Source: Psilocybe cubensis
Lineage: Eukaryota
Reading direction: 5' to 3'
DNA length: 64,000 bases
Assembly (NCBI GenBank): GCA_017499595.2
Contig: CM039005.1
Location: forward strand, 2,666,001-2,730,000
Numbering within the stretch: the stretch's first letter is position 1; every line of letters begins with the position of its first letter. Below the pieces are notes generated by a model. That model was not told the origin of the DNA, ran no database searches, and was given only the letters and a program-made list of their open reading frames with translations. The position numbers and the translations under genes are program-made. Positions 50,821 to 61,515 of this stretch are shown here, piece after piece.

Positions 50821-53131
50821 CTAGGCTTTCAAAGTTTTTTTTCTTTGTCTTTTACCTGCTACAGCAAGCAGACTTGCTTCCTGAAGTGCTAAGGCATCCG
50901 AAGTCACATTCCTGCGGGCCCGTGTTTCATCCGTATCTGGACTTGTTACTGTCTCCACAAAGGCATCACAAGTCACGTCCCTGCCGGCCCGTGTATTATC
51001 CGTGTCTTGGGTTGTTCCTGTTTGGACTCCATCTTCTTCCACTGTGTCAAGTGGATCTGAGTAGGGCTTTGTTCTTTTCCTAGGTTGAATCCTTCTAGTT
51101 GGTTTTGGCTTAACTGGGGGGGGTACAGAACTCTCTTCATCGGGTCCGTCCATTTCCGCCGTTCCGACATATGGCTTTGTTCTTTTTCTTGGCATAATCT
51201 TTCTAGCTGGCTTGGGAGGCGCCTCCTCAACCTCTGGAGTTGGGCTGGATGATGGATTGACAATTGTTGGGCTGGATCTACTTGGTAGAGAGGGTGGCTC
51301 GCTAGATCTTGAAGGTGCGTCGGTAGGAGTCTCATCCGTCTCTGGCGTGACTTCAAATCTGGCAGTAGTGCGTGGCATCGCGGATGCCGGACTGCCCCGT
51401 CCATTATCAAACTCTGACAGATTGGATGATTCAGAGTCGCTTGAAGATTGGGTTTGAAGTCGTATAGCTTTTTGCCTCAGGCGACGTTTGGTTATTGCTG
51501 CAGGAGGTGGAGGTATCGGGTGGGCTTCTAGGCCGTCAAACAAGTTGGACGGATAGAGAGGTTCCATAATATCATAGCCATTTCCAAAAACCTTTGAAAA
51601 TTTAAAGGGGATGTCTCCTTGGGCTTGACGGTCCCTCCATAGCTTGAGAATTGCAGAGGTTGACTCCAGGCGGAGCCGGCTCGGATCCGTCACGGGGATT
51701 GAACTTGGCCAATACTCTGGATCAATCATTTCTGCAGAACGCCTTTCAAGAGCATCCCAAGGAACACTTGAACCAGGCCTGTCCTTGGCTAAAGCTGTAT
51801 ACATAGTTAGCAAGTTTGTTGAGGACATAGACAAATTACACACCATAAACCTTGTTCATGTAAATTCTAATAATTGACTTTTGTGCATAAGCGACTTCTC
51901 TCCCAGTTGAGCCATAGATAGGACTAGGTACTATTGGAAATCCATTGCTGCTAAACTTGAGGGATTTTTCATGAAACGATGCATCTGGCAGTGCTGGATT
52001 GGCCACACCCTTCTCTATTTCTGAAATGTGGACGAGGTATTGAACAAACGCTCTGCGAAAAGCGGCCAACTCGGATGGAAAGAGTTGCCCAAAGGAAGGA
52101 ATTCTGACATCGTCGAGTGCTAGATCGCTTGTCTGGGTCCTTCAATGCCCATCAGTCAACATTAATACGGGCCAAATTATTCCGCCGCGAATGCTTACGG
52201 CGGAAACTTTATCCGCCGTAGGGTGTTTACGGCGGATAAAGTTTCCGCCGTAAGCATTCACGGCGGAACTTGTTCATGCCGTGTTTAACACTTACATTGA
52301 GTATTTGATTTTACCCTCAATATCATAATGCCCCTCAAAGGTAATGGACCTCATACCCATTCTCTGCCACTTAAGTTTCTCCATTTGTCGAAGTATTTTT
52401 CTGCCTTGCCTGGCAGCAGTCCTGCAGATGTCAGATTGACGGCGGAAACAAGTTCCACCGACTCACTTTGCCTTCATTGATTTTGAAACACCTTTCTTAT
52501 TCCATTCCTCGAGGATCTCCATGAACCTGTCCCGCTCCTCCTGAGTCAATCTGGCCTCAACCTGCTTACGTCCTTGTTGATAAAACTTCATCCAATCTTT
52601 ACTTCCACGAGCAGCATTCCCTGATAGAAGCGCAACCTCGGAGTCAATCTCTGCCGACTTCTCCTCACGGAATACCGTCTGAAAGGTTATACGGGAGTTC
52701 AATCCTTCCAATTTTACACCAATTCGATTTGACGCATGGTTTCTAAACCAATTAAATATTCGCTATTGTGATGGTTTATGTGTGTAACAAAATTTTCAAA
52801 GAAACAACGAGCTCACATGCTTCTTCACCTTCCATTCTTTGTGTAGTTGCTTATCTTCCTTCCTAGCACGTCTAGAGTATCTGTGATCCCATGTAGCTTG
52901 CAGCTCAGGTATGACAGTGTTCTGTATGTAGTCTGCTTTGGATGACTTTGATGTATCTTTGTAGGGCTGTACATGCTTTTTCAACACGCGCATTTCCTTT
53001 GTTGTCCAAATATTTGATTCTTCCGGCGGAAAGTCACCCTCCGCCGTCTGTCCGTTTCTGGGTCCGTTGTGGGTTGTGGCATTTGCGGTAGAAGGAAGCG
53101 GATCCGCGTCGGGGGATGCATTGGTGGGCAT
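50821..53131 (-). CDS. Multi-exon KDZ-associated protein with homeo-like (IFNWFRNH) and HMG-like helical segments
   Basis: Exons at 52796-53131, ~52463-52760, ~52297-52420, 51836-52140 and 50821-51780. Contains WMKFYQQGRKQVEARLTQEERDRFMEILEEWN. Confidence 0.6.
52180..52268. repeat. Intronic palindrome with 41-bp arms (1 mismatch) and a 7-nt loop
   Basis: ttccgccgcgaatgcttacggcggaaactttatccgccgta-gggtgtt-tacggcggataaagtttccgccgtaagcattcacggcggaa. Confidence 0.95.
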
Positions 53132-54010
53132 AATTGCAGTGATGTAACAAGTAGCTTATCGATGAGTATCTGTGTGATCTGGTCAAATCTCACGTTATAC
53201 GGAGATAAAATAAGCTTCCGATCATACTAAATAAATGATGTGATGTCATATTTTTCCCAATCAGGTAATCCCGCTTCATCGTCGGCCACGATGATCAAAG
53301 CATGCTGGTCGCTGTCACATACATTGACCTCATGATTTTGCAATAGTTCCCTCTGCATTCAATCAATAAACATGGAATTTTGTAAACATTTAGCGCTTTA
53401 TATAAAGATAATTTTACAAGGTTTTAAATTCTTGTCAGATGGCTGTAAAGATACAGAAACACAAAATGCAAATTCACGTCTTCTCACCCAAAACTTGTGA
53501 AACCCAAAACGGCAGTCATCTCAGAGACCATGAGAGGTATTCAAATGCATAATTTTTTTCAAAAAATATAATGATCCCAGTGAGCTCATTTTGACACATT
53601 TTCTAGTATATTGAGAATATCTCCTTAAATACGAGGATTCACATTCTACAAAAAATGTCATTCGGTAGCTATTAAAAATATCTTTCATATGATATACGCC
53701 GGAGGAATGAGGGGCCAGCCAGTGAAAAGATATTTCAAAAACACTCCAAAGTGTGGTTCTGAAAGGGTCGTTCTGCATCATATTGTACATTTATGATGGG
53801 ATCACGTCCATTTTGTGCATCTCTGGATTAAGTTTTGTTCATAACATTTCACTCACTCATCCAAATATGCTGCAAGATAAGTCATATGAAAGCTATTTTT
53901 CTCCTCTTTAAAACGGCATAATTGAGGGAAATTTATCTACAGAAATAAACATGTTATACTACATTTAGATCTGCGCTCACAGGCTGTCAGACTCTTTGTT
54001 TCCAACATCC

Positions 54011-57000
54011 ATGGGCTTCAAGAAAGTACCTGATAGGGGATCGGATGAGGAGTTTCCCAATGTTCGGGAGGCCTCCTGGTCTAGTGGGGCCAAGAAACGA
54101 AAGAGAGGGCGGCCGAGGATCCACAAACTTCCTGCAGAATCATCATCAACAAACCTCCCTCAAACAACGACTTACTCTTTCCAAAACCATGAACACAACA
54201 TTCTGGAAGAAGAAATACCTCATTATCCGGGAGATCTAACTGATCAGCAGGTACTTGATAACCTGAGACAGCTAGATGACGACAGAACGGGAGGAAAGGT
54301 ATGTTTTAACATGTTTTCAGTAGAATGATCAGGATGACTTTACCTATCCAGTCTCAAAATGATTACCTGAGGGAATGGCTCCCGAAACGAGAGGTGTATC
54401 TTGGAACAATGATTGGAGGAGAAGCCCCGGATCCGGATCTGAATGGACAGTGTCAGCAATGTCAAGGAATGTCTGGAGTGTGGAGATGTTGCCAATGCTT
54501 TGGCTCTAGAATTTTGTGTTCTGAATGCCTGCGAAGAAACCATCAATTTACACCTTTCCACCGCGTTGAGAAGTGGACGGGTCTATATTTCCGTCCGGGA
54601 GCTCTGTGGGAAGTGGGTGTCAAGTTGTATTTGGGTCATAATGGGAAACGTTGTCCTTATCCCACGGATCCGAGCCACCTAGGATGGGACGGCGGAAACA
54701 ATTCATCCGGGAGTCATGGGCACGGCGGAAACAATTCGCCCGTCTTTGAAGATGAACACGGATTGGACCTGGATCCGCTTCCTGCGAGCAATGACCAAGA
54801 ATCCTTTACGGCTCAGCTTCTGGCGGACCCGGAGGTACCCCATTTGGTTGAGCTGGACGATGGAGACGATGAAGACGATGATCTATTCGAGGAAGTCGAT
54901 ACAACCTATCTGGACCAACCTCGTCCAAAGGCAGCAGACAACAATGGAATTCCTTTCAAGGCAATTGTGCACACCTCCGGAGTCCATTATCTGCCCGTGC
55001 GAACATGCACATGCCGGTCCGTCCGCCTTCCGTCTATCGATTTACAGTATCTGGAGATGGGATTATTTGCAGCCAGCTTTGAAAACGTTCAAACTGTGTT
55101 CACAGTTGAGGTCCTTGAGGACTTTCGGATGGACAACCTCGAGTGCAAAACGTCGGCTTATCAGTATTACCAAAAGTTGCGAAGACTGACTTCGCCAGCG
55201 TTTCCAAAAAAGGTGCTGAACCGCTATCGTGAATTGAGAAGGCTTAGTAGAGAATACAGGGACCTTGTCCTGAGACGACAATACGGAGAAGGGCATACAA
55301 GAGAAGCGGTGGTCCCTTACTATCGTCATTGCCATGATTCATCACCAGAGAGGATGGGTATTAATGTATCTGATCCAATTGACGGCGGATCTGATAGTCC
55401 GTCTCAAGAAGTCGGAATGTCAACGGACCCGTCTCTGGGACACGGCGGATTAGATGGTCCGCCTGTACCACAAATGACGCGGACCGAGGATCATCCCGAA
55501 GTTGAAGATAGGAGAGGGAAGTTGGCCTTATTCTGCCCCGCCTGTCCACAGCCTGGAATAAACCTACCTGATACCTGGATTGATGATGCTGATAGGCAAG
55601 TTTTAGTTATTCTTCAAGGGTGACTGCAATTAACAGCAAGTAGCAATCTGTACATACGTAGTTATGTTGCAGATGGTAATTTCAAAGCAGATCACCTCAA
55701 TCAGAAAAACGAGGGAGACGATGTTTGGTTGAGCGTTGGAGAAGGATACATGACTGCTCCGGGCCCTTACAAGGAGCACATTAAGGAAGCAATTTCTCTT
55801 GCTCCACGTTATAAACGGGTGCGTTATCTACCATGATTTATCTTTCACGGCGGATGCTTACGCTCCGTGTCAAAATCTTCTACGGCGGATGCTTACTTTC
55901 CGTGTCAAAAAATATCAGGAACAAACATGTCATAACTACCACGCCCAGAAAGCTGAAAACAGAGTCAGCCCGGGTAAGAGAGTACGTGGAATTGGGGCAC
56001 ACGCTTGCGCTAGGCACGGATGCTTCTGTCCATCCAGCGTTGTCGATTTTGACAAAGGTGAAAAGCAGATGCACATGGATTGGTCTTTGACTCAGGCCAG
56101 GGAAACTACCAACACACAGGGAATCACAAAACATTTGGAAATCTACGATATAAACTGTCAATATTGCGTTAACTTGGCAAGGCGTCTCTCAGAGTCCACA
56201 AAAATGCATTGGCCACCTTCTGTTAAAATGATTTTTGCAATTGGTTTATTTCACGTCCACGGGCACAAGACGGAATGTCTTTACAACTACGCATCCACCT
56301 ATGTCCCGGGTGTGGGAATCATTGACGGAGAAATCCTGGAGCCGTTGTGGTCCGTGTTAAATGACACATCCCGGAGTACACGTTCCGCTACCACTGCCCA
56401 TCGAGCAGAGGTTTTGGACGACCACATGGGGGATTCCAACTGGAAGAAGACCATTAATATGGCTGCAACAATTGCTGCAAAGTTCAAACGGGCACGGGAA
56501 CAGTCCGGAATCACAGACCGATTTTATAGGGGTATCACGGATCAACAAGATTCCGGGCTCATCAACACTTGGGAAGATGAAATTTCAAAAGCAGAAGCGG
56601 ACCGAGAACAAGGTGTGGCCGACGCTGTTGGCAAGGTAATGGCAAGCAAAGTGAAAACGGCTGCTGGACGCCAAGAAATTGAATTGCATCTTTCAAATAT
56701 GGAACTTACATCTAATGGTGCTACTGGAAAGGCAGCATGGATATCATCCGGCTTAAAACTGGAGCAAGCGCAGTACGATTATTTCAATTGCATCCTACAG
56801 AATTTAACATGTTTTTAGATTGGAGCTCAGGGACCATGTCAGAAAGCTCGGAAAGCATCCTTCCACCGCGCAGAAACTTGACTTGGTCAATAAACGTCGC
56901 TCCATGCGGACCCGCGTTGAAGCCTTCTGTCGATCCGCTATGACCTTCATGGGCGAAGATGTCTTGGAGGATATTCAAGGGGACATCGCTCCCATACTTG

Positions 57001-57894
57001 ACTATGAAGTCAGTGACAACGACGATCCTGATCTTGGAAATGTCAACATTACCCGCGCGGATCCGGAACGACAGCCGCTTCCGTTTCCCTCCGCCGTCAA
57101 ACAAGATTTCTTTGACGGCCTTGACGCGGGAACAAACCTCATTTTAAAAGGGCTTCGCAAACTTGAACTTCAAATAAGACATGGCCACGCAGAGGACTGT
57201 CTGGAAGCGGTCCGGTCAGCCTTGATCCAGCTTTCTTGGCAGTATAAATATCAGGTTCGGACCGCCGACTCCGTCTATATGGGGACTCGTGCTTGGGATG
57301 GCGTCAAGCTTTTGAATGCTTCCTGGAAATTGCACCGGCGACTCTACAACACAAACCGTCAGAAGATGATCTATTTATCTGCTGGCGTGCGAGACGAGGA
57401 TAATATTCGGAAACAATATCCCATTCTGCAAGTCCATGATTGCAAGCATAGTAATGCCGTGTCGGATCCGAACATTCGCGGAGGAAGCTCGGACCGTCTA
57501 AGTTGGATTTGGAGATCCCGTCAGGGCCTGGACAATGATAATCAATTATACGTTAATGAGTGTGAGTACTGCTATTTGTATTTCTAATTTTTTTCTCAAG
57601 GGCTTCTTAGTCTTTAGGCTAAACTGGCTCCGCGCGCGAGCTCAGAGGAATAGATGGCAAGAGGAGCTGGCCTTGACAAAAAAGGAAATGGAATGGACTG
57701 TCAGATTTTATGTGTATATGGCAAAGACATGGCGTGCACGGCATGATTTTGTTCCTGACAGGTTAGTTGGTCACAGGGCAAATGCTCAAAAGCAGATTGC
57801 CATGTGGAATGATCTGGGGCGGGCCGCGGATAAGGTCTTCCGTCAAATTAACCCGGAGTATCCGTCCGTGTGGAGATTTATAATTACAGATTAA
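54011..57894 (+). CDS. KDZ transposase with a CxC2 cysteine cluster (multi-exon)
   Basis: CxC2-like HQFTPFHRVEKW..VHTSGVH..CTC..GLFAAS..TVFT. KDZ core: CPACPQPG, ADGNFK, CARHG, GEKQ, YDINCQY, FHVHGH, DGEILEPLWS. Confidence 0.93.
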
Positions 57895-57938
57895 CCAGTT
57901 CTTTGAACATTCTTGTTGTATCTCATCTTGTTGAATTC

Positions 57939-59563
57939 ATGCACTTACCGCGGCTTTTTAAACCTCCTGTCGAGGACGAACATCATCTCCTTACCTATGA
58001 TGAGCGACGTGCTCTGGCCAAAGTTCATGTCCATATTTGTGGTGCACGGATCCGTGCCGGATACCGTTTGTTCATTGCAAACGGAGACTCTGTTTCCTCC
58101 GTGCGTCGCCAAAAATGGATGTATTTGCTTGACCTAGAGGTGGTAAGACAGTAATTTTGAACTATTATATCTTGCATTGAGAACTGCTCGATAGGCTATA
58201 CTGCTGAGAGTACTCGGATACTGCTATGTCAATGGATTCCAAGTCGATATTCCATTTTTTATATCAGAAATTCTCAATCAGAGCGTACATGCCGTTTTGA
58301 ACCGAACTCCCCACCATCGAGCTGTTCTATTTGAATCTCTAAATCAAAGCTGGTCAGCATGGGAAGATGATGAAATTTTAAATCAGACCAAGAGCTGGGG
58401 ATATTGGTGGAGGGACGGATTTGCTGAAGGCGATGAGTGGCAAGTTGCCTTTGTTACCGTTGAATCGCAAGCAAGAGAATTTTGGAACAAGGTATGTTTT
58501 TTTATTGCTGTGGATTATATCTGATTTGCGTCCTTCCCACCAGGTGGTTCTGCCTGAATACCAACAAGAGGTACTCCGGCTAAACAATCAGAGGAAAGAA
58601 GCTAAGGAGGGCGCAAGTTCATCCACCTCTGGGCCTCCAAGAAATCAAGAAAACAATCCCAAGGGCAAGGGAAAGGCGGCTGAACGGACATCCGTCCCCA
58701 CCTCGGGGAAGCACGGATCCGCGTTGACGGGAAAGCACGGCTCCGCGTTTTCACCGCCCACGGGGAAACCCAATCCGCCGACCCGTGTTGCAAACACGCG
58801 GGATGAAACATCCCCAATTGCAATTTCTGACCACAGACCGCCCTACTGTCCCCGCTGCGGTCAGCCTATCCTAACGGGCGTAATGAGGGAGTTGGCTCAC
58901 CTGCGCCGGAATGTGGCGGACAAAATGAAGAATGCCCATAAAGCAGTGACTACTTCTTCGGCCGCCTTGGGCAGATATTCTGTATTGGAGAAGATGTGGA
59001 TTGACTCTAAGGAGCTCCCGTTCTCTAACGGCAAGGGGCTTTCAGCCAAATACAAATTTCAGCATCCCGTTCACCCTTCTCCTGACAGTTGGGGCGCTAT
59101 AACGGCTCAAGCCCGGTCCTTCGAGGTCTCAAAGCTCAAAGTCGCTTCATTTTACATCAACGACATTTTTTATTCTTTTATTGCCGTCAAGGAACTACCT
59201 TTTCATCCACTCTGGTATCATTCGCCACCCTCCAACACTGCAAATATTCATCTCCCAACAGATACTCTGCCTACGCCCGGTTCCGTCAGCCCTCCGTCAA
59301 ATGCACACACCAGCAATGCCTTCCTTTTTAACGCAAGGTCAAGACCTGTTTTCCCGGGAGAAGAGGATGATATTGATAGTACGTCTGATACCACTGAATC
59401 CTCTACACCAGCTACGTTTTTAGAGCATCTCGCACAGGACTTTGAAGAGGAGGCGGATGAGGAGTCTTCCGCCGGTGATACGACGGAGGAGTCAGATGCT
59501 TCCGGTAACTCAGAAGAGCTTAGCGAGGACGTGTCGGAAACACCCTGGGATGAGGAATCTTAG
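57939..59563 (+). CDS. Hypothetical multi-exon protein (CPRC motif, acidic tail)
   Basis: Successive ORFs at 57870, 58297 and 58421 are linked by GT..AG introns. Confidence 0.6.
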
Positions 59564-59711
59564 TTGCCCACCTCTCGCACAGGACATCGAAGAGGAGGCG
59601 GATGATGCCTTTTCCGCCGGTAATACGACGGCGGAGTCCAATGATTCCGGTAACCTTGGAAGAGCTCAGCGCGGACGCGTCGGAAACACCCTGGGACAGA
59701 GAATTCTGGTT
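59428..59711. repeat. Imperfect tandem duplication, 2 x ~145 bp
   Basis: tctcgcacaggac..gaagaggaggcggatga..ggaaacaccctggga starts at 59428 and again at 59573. Confidence 0.85.
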
Positions 59712-59790
59712 GTGCTGTAGCTTTCGTACTGTTTTGGTTTGGAAATATAAAAAAATCTTCCCCAAACCCAACTTCCAAGTCAAAAACTGA

Positions 59791-61070
59791 TCATATTTCA
59801 AAATCAAAAGCGTTGGTGGCCGGTAAATTTGCAAAAAGATCGTACGTAGTAGACCATCCCGCCTCTTGGACTCCCAGCTCTTCAAATACAGTCCTACGCA
59901 TGTAATAGACTATGACTGCCCTGTCTCCATCGCACACCGCGCCGTGTTGAAGCAACCTGCCGGTAATTGCAACAAGGGTCATGGGATCATACTTGTACCG
60001 AAGTCCAAGGCCCGGAAGCTCAAGCCGTCCGTGTTCACCCTTCCCAAGCGGCATCAAAAAATCGTACCATGAGTAGCACGACCCATTATCCCGATGGTAT
60101 GGTGTATCTCGGTTGCTGATCACGGTCATGACTCCAAAGGGCGAACTCCAAATTGTGAGAATTTGCTTCAATATTTCAGCCTTATGGACAAGCTCCGGTT
60201 CCGCAGCAAGCCGTTGAAGAAATTTCATTCCCGCCCGGTACTGCTCGGGATGTATAATGCTCAAGATGGCTCCCAGCAAAGCCGAAGATGTCGTCGTGTC
60301 TCGTATAAACTCCTGTCCAATTGGATTACACAAGTCCAAGGAGACCTCAAGCGGGTTGGACGTCTGAGGAAAATATGAGGCAGTATAATAATTAGCATAC
60401 AAGTTTCTCACCTCATGGCCTTGCTGAAACCATGCCGGGGAGAAGTTAATATTTCCAGGTTGAACCCAACCTGGCTCATGTCGAAAGTAACTGTCATTGA
60501 CCCTCCAGCTTGTGGCCAAAGGTACCGCCTTGTGAATCATTGTTTCAATATCCCGTAATGAATTCCACACACTCTCCTGTTACTCTTTAGAAAGCATAAT
60601 ATATGAATTAATTGGTCTGTTTCTAAAACTCACCACCCTTGTCTCTGACAAAATACCTGGCAGGTACCACACCAATATGTTGCCTGCACTATCGACCACA
60701 GTTCCGGGCAGGGTTTGGTACTGTAACGCGGAATGCACCGGAGAAAACTTGTTTTTCAGGCGAGCCTCAACGGTAAAATTCTGACCCGTGCAACGTGCAC
60801 TGAGATGAGTCAAATATTCTTCTGCATCCCACGTCGTATATTCTGCCATTCACACATTATTTAATCTCAATTTTCAAAGCTTATTGATTGCATACCTTGA
60901 TTTTCAAATGCCTGCAAAATCACCTCCACAGCTAGATTGCACTCAAACATGGTCTCAGCACTGAAGTTTTCCCGGATTTGATTAGGCAGTTCTGCATGCC
61001 AAAGACGACTAGCTATTTGTGCCTTCATGTAGTTTGAGAGGGATTGGGTTAGCTCAAAGGCATAATCCAT
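59791..61070 (-). CDS. TET/JBP-family 2OG-Fe(II) dioxygenase (4 exons)
   Basis: VVDSAGNILVWYLPG, SPAWFQQGH, NRDTPYHRD (HxD), LLQHGA (distal His) and GDRAVIVYYMR (2OG-binding Arg). This is the fungal TET/JBP pattern. Confidence 0.9.
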
Positions 61071-61211
61071 GCTATCAGGGTATGTGGAAAGGAATGTGCT
61101 GCCAGTATAATCTATACACCTTATTACATATATTAACGGTCATCCGATGTATGATTCTTCAAGGCGGATATTTGTCGGAATACAGAAGCGGGTGGATGAA
61201 TGGACCCGTCT

Positions 61212-61515
61212 CAGCACAACACGGGTCAAAACGGATCCGTCTGCTTGCAATACACGGGATGTAGATGGACCCGTCCGGTTCATTTGCGGCCCGTGTTTTT
61301 CCCGTGCAGCCCGACACGCGGATCCCGCATGCCACCCGGCGGCTCCATTTAGTGCTAAATGGCACGTCATGTACGCTATGATTTGCCAGGATAAATCACA
61401 CGTACATCACGCTAATCTCCTAATTAGGTAGCGGGAGTAAATCCACCGTGTCTCACGTAATATCCTTATTATTAAATCTTAGGTAATGTACGTTATAAAT
61501 AAACTGTCTTATGTG
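61212..61515 (-). repeat. Right TIR (304 bp)
   Basis: Ends ...gtcttatgtg and is followed by the TSD tttgtct. Confidence 0.95.

Larger units (their letters stand above)
45847..61515 (+). mobile_element. Complete KDZ-type DNA transposon (15,669 bp) carrying a TET/JBP gene
   Basis: TIRs at 45847-46150 and 61212-61515; TSD TTTGTCT at 45840-45846 and 61516-61522; internal KDZ transposase. Confidence 0.95.

Noticed and set aside
61486-61515. ATG at 61486 as the start of an independent 420-aa gene
   Set aside because: It lies within the right TIR and the ORF is the continuation of the interrupted Tnp2 transposase. A TIR-driven truncated product cannot be excluded.
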